Shown piece after piece: positions 20,135 through 30,682 of a DNA stretch of 64,000 bases. A program made the position numbers and the translations under genes. The first letter of the stretch is position 1; every line of letters starts with the position of its first letter. The notes below the pieces were generated by a model, which was given only the letters and a program-made list of their open reading frames with translations, ran no database searches and had not been told where the DNA came from. The stretch comes from a virus. Lineage: Duplodnaviria > Caudoviricetes. Location of the stretch: positions 1 to 64,000 of IMG/VR virus record IMGVR_UViG_3300037512_001142, one strand, 5' to 3'.

Positions 20135-20926
20135 ATGTTAAATAGCAAAGTTTTTAATATAAATAGCCCTATGATTCCTTTTACTAAGAAGGAATTGAGC
20201 TCTGTGATTTGTAAAAACATTACCGTAGGCTATGTGTCTACGGATTACTACAACCTTATCGAAACCCTCAAGCGTATCGCTACCGCAAAACAGATTCCGG
20301 TTACGTTGAATGTCAATACAATTTATAACTCGACCAACAACCCAGTAAACAAGCAAGATGTGCTTATCAAGGTCGAAGGAACACAGACATTCCAGGAATA
20401 TATCAACAACGCAATCAGTAATGACGAAAATTCCGAATATATTAACTTCCTTACCTATTCTGTAAATTTCAAGGATTCGGTAAAAGAAATCAAATATGCG
20501 ATGTATAAGAAATTCCTCTGGAACTATCACAACATCGATACCTGGTTCTCTTCTCACAACATTGGTCTTACCACTGACCGCAAGAACCAGTTAATACAGG
20601 ATTTCGATTTCTTCAAGAAAACCGTCATCGAAACAAACGACTTCGGTTCTTTCGTTGACAGTTGCAAAGCCGAAGATATTAAGCTCGCAACCAATTACCT
20701 TATCAACAAGGGAATCGAACTTTTGAAGAAACACAAGATAGAGCTTAATACGCACATTAACAACATGAACAAGAACGAAGAACAAATTATTCTAAACAAT
20801 CCGATTATATTGCGAATCTATATGCTCGGAAGCTGTGCGGCTCAGTGTAGACGTGACTGGCCAAAGCTCAAGTTCTCTGTTCTCGACAAACGTTCACTTG
20901 ACTCTATCGCATTATGGGAAGACTAA
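20135..20926 (+). CDS. hypothetical late protein
   Basis: Start likely 20132 or 20135 just after TATAAATA (20122-20129); the ORF-track extension to 19904 overlaps NUDIX. Confidence 0.65.
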   Translation: MLNSKVFNINSPMIPFTKKELSSVICKNITVGYVSTDYYNLIETLKRIATAKQIPVTLNVNTIYNSTNNPVNKQDVLIKVEGTQTFQEYINNAISNDENSEYINFLTYSVNFKDSVKEIKYAMYKKFLWNYHNIDTWFSSHNIGLTTDRKNQLIQDFDFFKKTVIETNDFGSFVDSCKAEDIKLATNYLINKGIELLKKHKIELNTHINNMNKNEEQIILNNPIILRIYMLGSCAAQCRRDWPKLKFSVLDKRSLDSIALWED

Positions 20927-20929
20927 CGT

Positions 20930-23900
20930 ATGGCATTAACATTTAATTCTTCAATCGGTGTTTTTTCAAACTGGCATACCTTTGATAACAGCTGGCTTTT
21001 CGAATATACTACGCTTACCAAGAGTGGTAGGGATGCTACGCAATATCCAGATGAAGAAGTCGAAACGGATAGATCCAAATATCCGGCCGGAACTATTTTC
21101 TTCGATAGTGACATTTCGAACTTTGTCATGTCTTCTTCTGTCAAGAACGTCTATATCGACAAGGTTCCGATTAAATTAAAGTCTTCGAATGTTCAATATA
21201 CAAGTATTACGAATGAACTTGATGATGAAGGTAAACCTACTGGTCGTGTAAAACACCGTTGTATCTTCATATTCGATTCCAAGACTCCGATTGACCCGGG
21301 TAATCTCAGCATTACGCTCGACGAACCAGTTAGTGCTTCTACTGCTGACAATATCCTTTACGAAGTAAGTCGAAAGAAAAATAAGATTACTTCCGAAAAT
21401 TGCATTAGTGATATTACTCTTACAAAGAATGCTGACCTTTATACGTTGACATTCAATATCAGTGTCGATAACGAGTCTTCGATTAATGACAAGAAGTTAA
21501 CCGACCACCAGATTTATGTTACTGTCTGGAATATCGCAGGTAACAAACTCACTGTCAATACTGACGGTACCTGGAAAACTATCCTCACCGAAAATGACAT
21601 CAGTGACGCCGTTCCGTTAATTATCACATTTACAGATCCGGTTCCGGAAAACCGAATCGTCTATCCGCCTAACGAAGGTTCTATCAGGGTTATCGTTCAA
21701 AACCCGAACGCGGAATTGTTTGACATTGTTCCGACAGTTCGTCTCGAAGATGACAGTATCGGTATTATCGACGGAGACCCGACAGCAAATTATGACCCAA
21801 GTACAGGTACATTGAGTTTCTATGTCCGTCCGATTACAGATACTGGTTATGTTGTTGTCAGTGCATGGCTTTCCGTAAACAATACAGAAATCGACGGTGC
21901 TCTCAAGGCTAAGACTTATGCCATCGGAATGGATGGTGAATGGATTGGCGCAACCGAAGGTCGTTTGATTCGTTTCAAACAGAATGTTCCTAAGTATTTG
22001 AAAAACGATAACTATGCCTCCTTTGTTCAGGCTACTGAAGATTTCTTCAATACTGTCTATACTTCTCTTACAAACGGTAAGCATATCAGTATTCTTGAAA
22101 AGTTTGCAAGAATCAATAACTTCAATGACATCAAGGCCATGGAAGCTCCGCTTATTGACCTTTATCGTAAACAGTACGGAATTCAAGTTCAACCGAACAA
22201 TGATGACCTCAATGTATTCCTTCGCAATAAGCGTTTGCCAGACCCAAAGCTTGCAAACAAAGCACAGAACGATGAATACATTTATGATGATGAAACTAAT
22301 GAAGATACCGATACAAAGGTATTGAAGAATTTCATGTTCCAGGATATTACTGGTCTTGAACTCAATAGCTTCATCAAGGACATTTATAAGAATATTCCAT
22401 ATTATAACCAGATGGCTGGTACTTATCGTGGTATCAAGTTTATTCTTGACCAGATGGGTCTCTGTGTAAAGCTTGTCGAAATCTGGTCTACTCGCGAAAT
22501 CGTGGATAACTTCGACCATAACGAAGTATTTGCTCGAGAAGACGAACTCAATGCCAACAGATTCAATCTCGATAGTGGTCTTGTTTCTGACATTGGCCGT
22601 TATTATCTTACTTCTCGTTTCGATGTCGACGTAATGGAAACTGGTCTTACCTTTAAGGAATTCAATGACCTTTCTTATAACATCGTCAAGCTTATCTTGA
22701 AGGTGAAACCGATTCACCGTGTATTGAGAAAGCTCGCATATATCCATGTAACGAATACCAATTTACACTTCCAGTATTTCCTTCTCGATAAGCTCGGACG
22801 AACCCAGGAAATTCCACGTTATAAGTATACTTGGAATCTCTTCGACCCTTATGCTGTTAGAAAAGTTAAGAATGATATGGGTGTTAGCCACATCTGGGAA
22901 ATCGATGAAACAATTTTCGCTGATGCATTATTCTTCCCGTTCAATACAGTAGACGCTCAGTATAAGCATGACTGGTCTCGTTATAATGCATACGGTGAAG
23001 ATTTTGGACCTGGTGGTGCCGCAGCTCCGACTAATGAATATGCAGTACGTTTCCTCAATGGTCGTGCCTATGACGATTTACCGACTGAAGATGGTACAAA
23101 ACCGTATTTCAATATAAACAATAGCCATGTTGACGATAACATTGATACTCTCTTGTCTAATGGTTATGCAGACGCTTCCAAGAATTCCTACAATAATCTT
23201 TTCAACATCGAAGAAAAGTTAAAGCGTTCTTTCTGTAAGAAAATCAAAATTCAATTCTGCTATCTTACTATCGTCAATGACCATAGCGATGAAGAAAATG
23301 AGTTAAGACTGTTTGCAAATAAAGTCCAGTTAACAGATGCTCCAGAGTTGATTAATACTATCAACCCGGTAGATCTTACATTTACTATTGAAAACAAAGC
23401 TCATACCTTAGATACATATAAATTTGTCGATTACTTCCTTGGAAAATATGACGCTACAACGGTAAGTGCCTTCGGCTTCGAGGGTGATCCTGCCGATTGC
23501 TGGAAAACTTATGAATTCGAACTTGGCACTATCGCTGACATCGTTTCCGATACTAATGGTTTCTGGCTTAAACTAAAGAGCAATGCTCAATCTATCTTGT
23601 CAGAACTTGGTATTGAACCGACGTTCAATGAAGATACTCATTACAATGCAGATGTCAACTATCGCCCAATTTGCTTGCTCGCAAAGATTGAAGATTTCCG
23701 TATCGCGCTCGGTACCGATTACTTGACTTATGAAGAACCTGAAGAAGTTGAAAATCCGCCTGTACCAGATGAACCATTAGAAGATATTGAATCTACTTAT
23801 ACTGACCGTAAGTATTTAGTTATAAAAGGCGATAAGACTTATGTTCCGCCAGTATTCGAACTTGCATGGTTTGCCGCTAGTAATGATACGAACTATTACC

Positions 23901-24364
23901 TTTTGAAAAAAGGTGGTAATAGACAGAATAAGACTGATTGGATTGAAATTTTCAGAAAGTCTAATTTCACGTTTACCGCACATGATAGCGAAAATGAATA
24001 TCCAAATACTATAGCAACATATATTTCCCGTAAAGGTGATACAGTTTATGATAATCATGCTAGAGAAGACTGGAATCTGTTGATATTGGATGATGACCAC
24101 TGGCCGATTGTTGAAAACTTGGGTGATATTGAATTAGATGAACAAGGACGACCAATAGTCATTGTTGAAATAAGATATGGTGAAACAATTTGGTATTCTG
24201 ATGAAGATTTAGGTGAAAACGATTCTGGACAGCACTTTATGGTTGTAGAAAAATCCAGAAAAGATGGTATAACTACAATCATATTTAGAATATCAGATAA
24301 CACAAATCCAGACTTTAGCTTACAAGAAGCCGATGGTGAATTCGCAATATCTTATCAAGAATAA
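20930..24364 (+). CDS. large baseplate wedge protein (gp7-like) with N-terminal Ig-like domains
   Basis: FVQATEDFFN..LEKFARI, YYNQMAGTYRGIKFIL..VKLVEIW, KVKPIHRVL typical of gp7/P2-I wedge proteins. Confidence 0.65.
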   Translation: MALTFNSSIGVFSNWHTFDNSWLFEYTTLTKSGRDATQYPDEEVETDRSKYPAGTIFFDSDISNFVMSSSVKNVYIDKVPIKLKSSNVQYTSITNELDDEGKPTGRVKHRCIFIFDSKTPIDPGNLSITLDEPVSASTADNILYEVSRKKNKITSENCISDITLTKNADLYTLTFNISVDNESSINDKKLTDHQIYVTVWNIAGNKLTVNTDGTWKTILTENDISDAVPLIITFTDPVPENRIVYPPNEGSIRVIVQNPNAELFDIVPTVRLEDDSIGIIDGDPTANYDPSTGTLSFYVRPITDTGYVVVSAWLSVNNTEIDGALKAKTYAIGMDGEWIGATEGRLIRFKQNVPKYLKNDNYASFVQATEDFFNTVYTSLTNGKHISILEKFARINNFNDIKAMEAPLIDLYRKQYGIQVQPNNDDLNVFLRNKRLPDPKLANKAQNDEYIYDDETNEDTDTKVLKNFMFQDITGLELNSFIKDIYKNIPYYNQMAGTYRGIKFILDQMGLCVKLVEIWSTREIVDNFDHNEVFAREDELNANRFNLDSGLVSDIGRYYLTSRFDVDVMETGLTFKEFNDLSYNIVKLILKVKPIHRVLRKLAYIHVTNTNLHFQYFLLDKLGRTQEIPRYKYTWNLFDPYAVRKVKNDMGVSHIWEIDETIFADALFFPFNTVDAQYKHDWSRYNAYGEDFGPGGAAAPTNEYAVRFLNGRAYDDLPTEDGTKPYFNINNSHVDDNIDTLLSNGYADASKNSYNNLFNIEEKLKRSFCKKIKIQFCYLTIVNDHSDEENELRLFANKVQLTDAPELINTINPVDLTFTIENKAHTLDTYKFVDYFLGKYDATTVSAFGFEGDPADCWKTYEFELGTIADIVSDTNGFWLKLKSNAQSILSELGIEPTFNEDTHYNADVNYRPICLLAKIEDFRIALGTDYLTYEEPEEVENPPVPDEPLEDIESTYTDRKYLVIKGDKTYVPPVFELAWFAASNDTNYYLLKKGGNRQNKTDWIEIFRKSNFTFTAHDSENEYPNTIATYISRKGDTVYDNHAREDWNLLILDDDHWPIVENLGDIELDEQGRPIVIVEIRYGETIWYSDEDLGENDSGQHFMVVEKSRKDGITTIIFRISDNTNPDFSLQEADGEFAISYQE

Positions 24365-24397
24365 TAAAAAGGAGCTTTAAAGCTCCTTTTTATTATT
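24360..24397. terminator. bidirectional terminator, perfect 38-bp palindrome
   Basis: AATAATAAAAAGGAGCTTTAAAGCTCCTTTTTATTATT includes both convergent stop codons. Confidence 0.85.
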
Positions 24398-25745
24398 TAC
24401 TCGGAATAAACGGCTTTGGTTCTGATTTATCGTATTTACCGCTGTAAGTAATACCTTGTGTTTTTGTATCGAAATTGAAATTCATACTACTTACAGTTCC
24501 TTCTTCCGTATATGACGTATAATATGCAGAATATGTATTGAAATATTTGTCATACATGGTCTTGATACCGAATTTAATTGTATCGTCATCGTTATCACCA
24601 AAACCAGATAATGACATATATTCCTTATCGATTTTCCATGTGTCAATATACGGGACATCTACAATCTGATATGCACCTGCTGACGGTACATATTGTTCTT
24701 CTGGGTATGTTATATGGGCAGAAGCTGGACACCATCTCTTAGTTTCCTTGACAAGAAGTTTGGAGTCTTCTTCATACGTCGTTAATTGCTCCGTACGCGT
24801 GTAGAAATACTCCGTTGTCTGAGTCAGGGTTTCATCATCCCAGGTAACAACGGGCTGTCCAGAAAGCACGTATGCGCTCGTAACGAGCGTTCCATAAACC
24901 TTAGAGAAGTCATGTGGCGAATCAATCGTTCCATTCGGATTTCCAAATACTTGTGCATGCCACAAACTACCGGCAGTATGTTCGGCCTGTAAGAACGTAT
25001 TGATTTTCGTGATAATCTGAGCAGTCTTAATCGGCAAGTAATAAACAGCTTCGATAGTAAACGAAATTGTTCCAGTAATCTCACGACGGTCTTCTTCACC
25101 CATGGCATCATTATCAATCTGAATACCAGGATCATTCATCTTGAGCTTAATAGAACGACGCTTATTGAAGAACCAGAATTCCTTTACCGACAAGAATGCG
25201 GCTGGACGGAATCTTGGAATTATCTGTTCATTAAGCTGGTTCAAGTCATCAATCTTTTCGCAATGGAAAATCATTGATACGTCAATATTTACCGGAGCCG
25301 GCTGAACGTCAGACCAGAACTGTTCTTCCATATCGTATTCGATACCAGCTTTAGTCAATACATCATTATAGAAAGCACGAGTCTCATAAACGCCGGAATC
25401 ACGGTCAGCTGCATAACTAACCTTGTCAAGCTTATAGGTAATATTCGGCAAAGATAAATAAGCCTTATCTCCAGATTCCTGTTCGGTTCTGAAGTCATGA
25501 GACTTCTGTCTTGGACCATATTTAATTGGAACGTTAATCCACTTTTCTACTTCCTGGTTTTCATTTCTTCGACCGACATACATATCGTTAAAGAAATTAC
25601 CGAATGCGGTCATAATGGCACGGGTCGTATCTGCAAAATAGTAATTGGTTGGATAACCAAAATTCTTTTTTGTAGGGTCACCGGCCTTATGATAACCGAC
25701 CAAATGCGGTTTAAATCCAGGCTGTTTATAATTTATCATTGCCAT
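24393..25745 (-). CDS. gp15: tail sheath stabiliser/terminator gp15 with C-terminal extension
   Basis: YYFADTTRAIMTAFGNFFNDM..INVPIKYGPRQK, QLNEQIIPRFRP. Confidence 0.9.
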   Translation of the reverse strand: MAMINYKQPGFKPHLVGYHKAGDPTKKNFGYPTNYYFADTTRAIMTAFGNFFNDMYVGRRNENQEVEKWINVPIKYGPRQKSHDFRTEQESGDKAYLSLPNITYKLDKVSYAADRDSGVYETRAFYNDVLTKAGIEYDMEEQFWSDVQPAPVNIDVSMIFHCEKIDDLNQLNEQIIPRFRPAAFLSVKEFWFFNKRRSIKLKMNDPGIQIDNDAMGEEDRREITGTISFTIEAVYYLPIKTAQIITKINTFLQAEHTAGSLWHAQVFGNPNGTIDSPHDFSKVYGTLVTSAYVLSGQPVVTWDDETLTQTTEYFYTRTEQLTTYEEDSKLLVKETKRWCPASAHITYPEEQYVPSAGAYQIVDVPYIDTWKIDKEYMSLSGFGDNDDDTIKFGIKTMYDKYFNTYSAYYTSYTEEGTVSSMNFNFDTKTQGITYSGKYDKSEPKPFIPSK

Positions 25746-25755
25746 GAATTACCTA

Positions 25756-26178
25756 TTACGAGAATTTAGAAATTAAACCGTATTCAGCTTCGAGAGTTTC
25801 AAGTGTACCAGTAATTAAACTGTTAATTGCCGGCTGAGCTTCGAACTTCTTTCCAATAACAGCCAAGTCATCATTGTACTTACGGAGCTTGCGAAGTGCA
25901 TTTTCCGGATTATAAATCTTTCCGTCAACATCCGAAGGAATCGGGTTGATAGAGAACGCTTCCTTTGCAAGGCAGATTTCAACAAGAGCATCCGCAAAGT
26001 CACGAAGCTTCTCATAAACCGTCTGGAAATGAGTATGATGGAATCCGCTATCACATGACCAGTGATAAATATGAACCTGGTTGGCAAAGTTAAGAGTTTC
26101 GACAGCAAAAGTAAACAACGACTTGATGTCGGAAGAATTCTTATCTTTCAAATATGTTAAAAAATTTTCCTTATCCAT
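25756..26178 (-). CDS. ferritin/Dps-like four-helix protein (DUF5856-type)
   Basis: QVHIYHW..HHTHFQTVYEKLRDFADALVE di-iron ligand pattern; GAGGT SD. Confidence 0.7.
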   Translation of the reverse strand: MDKENFLTYLKDKNSSDIKSLFTFAVETLNFANQVHIYHWSCDSGFHHTHFQTVYEKLRDFADALVEICLAKEAFSINPIPSDVDGKIYNPENALRKLRKYNDDLAVIGKKFEAQPAINSLITGTLETLEAEYGLISKFS

Positions 26179-26197
26179 TTTTAAAACCTCTTATTAT

Positions 26198-28384
26198 TTA
26201 TTTGATTCTACCTTCTGCATAAGCTATACGAGCTTCTTCATTAAGCTTCTCGATTAGCAATCCTTCATTCTTAATTTTTCCCTTCTTAAGCTCTTCATGA
26301 TAACGCTTCGCGGCATATTCTGCAATTTTTCTTTCGCGTTCCGTATCAAAGCCTTGGGCTTCATAAGTAACAGTTTTCGTAGTTACACCATTCTCTGTTT
26401 TTACAGCAACAGAAGTCTTCGTATTCGAAGAAGAATTGGATCCAGAAGCAAGATTTTCCTTCGGTTTAACTGGCTGAGATTCCTGCTTCTTCATGCCTTC
26501 AGCTGTCGCCAATACCGGTTTAGAATCGTTTTCTTTCTGTTGTGCCATGGCGAGTGCTGCCTGATATGCTTCTGACGAACCATTGCTTCCGCCGTTAGAC
26601 GACGCAATTACAGGCTGGCGATAACCGCCAGTTTTCGACTGCGCCAAGGCTTCAGTCTTCTTTGCGTCTTCTGCAGCAACACGATTATCGTGACGTTCCT
26701 TCAGACCATTCCAGTCTTTCTGGTTAACAATAGCCTGTGCTGCCTTATGTTCTTCCGTTGTATATCCGGCTTCCTTAGTATTTTCAATACGAGGCTTACC
26801 GTTATCATAAGTTCCACGCATCATCTGATATGCGAGTTCGTCTACACGGTCATTATCATTAGAAGTTACAGCATTGGACTTCGTAGATTCCTTAGAAACC
26901 GTCGAAGTCTTTTCTGTTGCTTCACTCAAATCCTTAGCATTGGCAAGATTTGCAGCATTACGAAGTCTTTGTTCTTCAGCGGCTCTTGCAGTCTTCAAAT
27001 CGCCTTCCTTAGATTCAATATCAGCAAGCTGCTTGTTGAGAGAATCCAAATTGCTTCTCATTTCTTTCAACTTTTCATTGGATTCACTTCTGTTCTTAAT
27101 TGCGGTATCAAGAGCCTTGCTCTTTTCTTCACGCGCTTCTGCCCTTTCTTTATAGCCCTTATGCTTTACATTTCCGCTATATTCTTCATCATATGCCTTC
27201 AATGCCGTGCCATGTGCATTTATCAATTTCTGATGAGTTTCTTCTTGCTGTTTAATAGCTTCTTCCTGGGCCTCGATTGTCTTTTCAAGAACTTCCTTCT
27301 GGGACGACAATTCAACTTCCTTAGACTTAATGTCCTTCAATTCCTTAGAAGTTGTTGCAGCAGACTTAGTAGAACTGGTCTTGATTTCATTTGCCTTGGC
27401 TTCCGGAGTAGTCGTTTCTCCACCAGCAACACGAGCATCATGACGGGCTTTGAGTCCTTCCCAATCCTTCTGATTAACAATAGCCTGTGCAGCCTTGATT
27501 TCTTCGTCAGTATAACCTGCAGCCTTTGCAGCTTCTTTACGTGCCTTACCATTTCCAAGCTCACCACGCATCATCTGATATGCAAGCTCGTCAATCTTAT
27601 CATCCTGCTTATTAACAGGAGTATCGACCGCCTTCGTATTATTTTCCGCGGTTTCAATATCTTCGTTTGCAGGTTCTTCAGGCTGGCGTTCAAGTGCAGA
27701 AGCCTTGCTTTCTGTCGGTTTTTCAGGAGGTGTCGGAAGAACATCGACATGTGCGCCAAACAATTTATCAGACGTATCGATAATTTCCTGTTCGTAATCC
27801 TGAATAAAGGACTGATACGAAAATGTAAGAGACCACTTACAAATATCTGTACTACTGTAATCAAGAGTATACTTGTTGTAAGAAGACAGTTTCAAATTCT
27901 TAAACTTATAGTAATAAAGTTGCTTTGTAAAATCATTGGAATGAACGGTTATAGTAAGTTCCGGAATATAATCATTCAGCTTATATGAAAACGAGGCTGC
28001 ATCAAACAACTTTGAAAGAAAAATGTTTACGAGCAATTCGACAACGCCGACATAATTTGTTCCCGTATCTGTATATCGCTCAACGACATGCTCGATAAGG
28101 TCTATCTTCAAATCTTCAGGTTTTTCATAATCCGGATATACAAAAACACGCGAATTGTTACCGTATTTGTATGTTTCAGATTTCAATGCAACTTCTGGTA
28201 GGGTTACGTTAATGCATTCTGGCAACTTTACAGTCATCAAGTCAGCATTTGCCCATTTATAATTTCCAATAACGCCTATAAATTTGGCAAGATCCACATC
28301 GGTGAGCTTAACATCGACCGTATATGAATCCGAAAGCTTCACCGTTCTATTTTTATAAAAATCATAAACGTTACATAAACCCAT
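26198..28384 (-). CDS. gp19/gp54-fold tail-tube initiator fused to a coiled coil with two CW_7 repeats
   Basis: N-terminal INVTLPEV..LDYSSTDICKWSLTFSY (tube fold); two copies of DELAYQMMRGxxxNGKxRxE..EAGY..AAQAIVN. Confidence 0.7.
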   Translation of the reverse strand: MGLCNVYDFYKNRTVKLSDSYTVDVKLTDVDLAKFIGVIGNYKWANADLMTVKLPECINVTLPEVALKSETYKYGNNSRVFVYPDYEKPEDLKIDLIEHVVERYTDTGTNYVGVVELLVNIFLSKLFDAASFSYKLNDYIPELTITVHSNDFTKQLYYYKFKNLKLSSYNKYTLDYSSTDICKWSLTFSYQSFIQDYEQEIIDTSDKLFGAHVDVLPTPPEKPTESKASALERQPEEPANEDIETAENNTKAVDTPVNKQDDKIDELAYQMMRGELGNGKARKEAAKAAGYTDEEIKAAQAIVNQKDWEGLKARHDARVAGGETTTPEAKANEIKTSSTKSAATTSKELKDIKSKEVELSSQKEVLEKTIEAQEEAIKQQEETHQKLINAHGTALKAYDEEYSGNVKHKGYKERAEAREEKSKALDTAIKNRSESNEKLKEMRSNLDSLNKQLADIESKEGDLKTARAAEEQRLRNAANLANAKDLSEATEKTSTVSKESTKSNAVTSNDNDRVDELAYQMMRGTYDNGKPRIENTKEAGYTTEEHKAAQAIVNQKDWNGLKERHDNRVAAEDAKKTEALAQSKTGGYRQPVIASSNGGSNGSSEAYQAALAMAQQKENDSKPVLATAEGMKKQESQPVKPKENLASGSNSSSNTKTSVAVKTENGVTTKTVTYEAQGFDTERERKIAEYAAKRYHEELKKGKIKNEGLLIEKLNEEARIAYAEGRIK

Positions 28385-28404
28385 GTTATATTTATAAATA
28401 ATGT
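28385..28404. promoter_or_regulatory. bidirectional overlapping late promoter
   Basis: CAT-GTTA-TATTTATAAATA-ATGT-ATG; same 20-nt layout as 9820-9839. Confidence 0.85.
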
Positions 28405-29265
28405 ATGGATTTCAACAGTTTAAATAAGCTCCTTTCAGAATTCTGGACTCCTCAAAAATGCGGAAAACACAAAGATATTGCTAACCAGCATGGTATGCTT
28501 TTATTGAAACATTTGAAGACTTCTCCAGAAGCCTTTTTCGAATTTTTGAATAAGAATACATTTAAATTCCAGAATATCAGCGGGATTTCCTGGTCTGATT
28601 TTTTGACCAGATCCGGCTTGAACGGTTATCTGAATGATGGCTATATTGAAGATGCATTAAAAGTTACAACATCTCGTCCAGCTATCGGTAAAGGTGAATT
28701 CCTGTTTGTTTCATCTTTCAGCAATGTCTGTTTTACCGGAAAAGAAGGTGACTTAATCGATATAAGTCAAGGAGCAAGAATTGAAGTCAAGGGTGTTCGT
28801 GCCGAAATTTGCGGCGACGGTATCAAGTATAAGCAGATGAATAATGATGTTCTTTCTACTGCTTTCGGAGTTTATGATACGGGAACCAATTACCGTTATT
28901 TCAACCGTGATTGTGCCCGTGAACTTGAAGAACTTATCAGACATACGAACAGTGACCAGAGCAAGCTTTCTCAGCTTCTTTGTAGACTTCAAAATATCTC
29001 TTCTGAATCCTTGGCTATCGCACAAAAATTCGCCAAGCTCTATCAGTACACTTTGTCCGATAATAACCTTTTCAATATTGTCGGCGCAATGCAACTCCAT
29101 ATATATTTAAAGAACGTCAAGTATCTTTTGATGGTCAATAATACCGGTTTCAAATGTTTTGAAAATGACGGACGACCGGAAACACTTTTGAAATTTATCT
29201 CTGACGAAAAGATTAAGCTTTCTTCTTGGGAAACCGGCGCAAAAGGAATGGAAATAGGAATCTAA
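28405..29265 (+). CDS. putative PD-(D/E)xK nuclease-fold protein
   Basis: IGKGEFLF..EGDLID..RIEVKG motif. Confidence 0.5.
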   Translation: MDFNSLNKLLSEFWTPQKCGKHKDIANQHGMLLLKHLKTSPEAFFEFLNKNTFKFQNISGISWSDFLTRSGLNGYLNDGYIEDALKVTTSRPAIGKGEFLFVSSFSNVCFTGKEGDLIDISQGARIEVKGVRAEICGDGIKYKQMNNDVLSTAFGVYDTGTNYRYFNRDCARELEELIRHTNSDQSKLSQLLCRLQNISSESLAIAQKFAKLYQYTLSDNNLFNIVGAMQLHIYLKNVKYLLMVNNTGFKCFENDGRPETLLKFISDEKIKLSSWETGAKGMEIGI

Positions 29266-29266
29266 T

Positions 29267-30673
29267 ATGGTTACTGGTAAAAAGATAATTTACAGTATTA
29301 CTGACGCCGACGAAAACAACCGTCTAACCAGAACTAATGCCCTCTGTGACATAGTTGTGTTATACGATTTCAACGAAAAAGAAAAGTCGGGTGTTCTTAT
29401 TCCAACCGAAAAACTCGAATCTTTCACATTGAATGAAAATATATTCGGTGCTCTTCCAAAATTACGTTTAAAGTTCTTTGATACTGGTGAATATTTCAAG
29501 AAGATAAATTTTGTAATTGGTAAAAAATTATATCTAAAAATTACTCCGCGTCCAGCAGAAAATATGAAACTCGATTTCGTTCCCGCACCGTATATCGAGA
29601 CTGTTTTTACTGTTCAAGAAGTTCAGACAACCTTTCAACCAAATATTCGTTATAACTATACTCTTGACTGTACCTATGGTTCTTTATCGTTCTTGAGCAA
29701 AATCTGTTTCTGGCCAAAAAGAATGCCGCCTTTAGATATTACTCCAGAATATCTCTCCAGCAAAGATGTTCTCTTGAAGGTTGCAGGCGAAGCAGGTTTC
29801 AATAAGCCTACATCTCAGCTTACCAGCGAACCGCAAGATAAAATGAACTGGTTAAGTACAAACTATACCTATGACCAGTTTATCAAGAAAATCGTAAGTC
29901 ATGCATGGATTGACGAGGATGACGCACCATTCTATTATGTTGACAAGAATGGTACATTCTATCTTTCTTCTCTTAGAACCTGCGGTGAAAAAGCCGTTGT
30001 CGGAAGATACATGGAAATTACGAAATTACACCAGCTACAGCTTAAGAATAAAAACATTGAATCCAATTATAGAGGATATGCTGAAGGTTCCGTTCAAAAT
30101 ATGGGCTTTATGGCAAACGATGGTGGTAATGTAGCTGGAACTTATGTATTTAATCCGATGCATACTCCGATTATGGATCCACGTTACTTGAAACCGACAA
30201 GTACGCATACGATTATTCCATCATTTGACATGACTGTGCATTATAGAAAATATACTTCTAGCTCTACTACTCCTGCATTTGTCAATGGTCTCGATAACCG
30301 TTCGGATGCAAGTGTTGCCAATATGAAATATTTGAATAATGCTTTCCACTTTATGGAAAACCACCAGTTCTATGATGTTGCACCAGGACATAATAAAGCA
30401 CTTATTAGACGTTTCTTCCAGGTATTTGCTGATATTGTCTACAACTGTAATAACCAGACAAAACGTGACTTTGAAGAAAACCAGCGTGTCAAATTATCTG
30501 ATAAGATAAATATCGAATTCTCTTCTGGACTTACTCAAAATGATACTTCGATTCATACTGGTGATTATATTGTTGCTGATTTAACCCATACCTGGACGGT
30601 TGGTGGTGCATACACCATAAATATTATCGGTGTTCGTGATACTATCACGAAGGAAGGAAGTTTAATTAAGTAA
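29267..30673 (+). CDS. putative baseplate hub protein (gp27-like)
   Basis: Immediately upstream of gp5; FTLNENIF..LPKLRLKFFDTG, PFYYVDKNGTF, HTGDYIVADLTH. Confidence 0.55.
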   Translation: MVTGKKIIYSITDADENNRLTRTNALCDIVVLYDFNEKEKSGVLIPTEKLESFTLNENIFGALPKLRLKFFDTGEYFKKINFVIGKKLYLKITPRPAENMKLDFVPAPYIETVFTVQEVQTTFQPNIRYNYTLDCTYGSLSFLSKICFWPKRMPPLDITPEYLSSKDVLLKVAGEAGFNKPTSQLTSEPQDKMNWLSTNYTYDQFIKKIVSHAWIDEDDAPFYYVDKNGTFYLSSLRTCGEKAVVGRYMEITKLHQLQLKNKNIESNYRGYAEGSVQNMGFMANDGGNVAGTYVFNPMHTPIMDPRYLKPTSTHTIIPSFDMTVHYRKYTSSSTTPAFVNGLDNRSDASVANMKYLNNAFHFMENHQFYDVAPGHNKALIRRFFQVFADIVYNCNNQTKRDFEENQRVKLSDKINIEFSSGLTQNDTSIHTGDYIVADLTHTWTVGGAYTINIIGVRDTITKEGSLIK

Positions 30674-30682
30674 GGTGAATAT

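Noticed and set aside
26690-27604. DGR-like TR/VR pair (repeated CW_7 DNA)
   Set aside because: Both copies are in frame in one gene, the differences are not adenine-specific, and no reverse transcriptase is in the window
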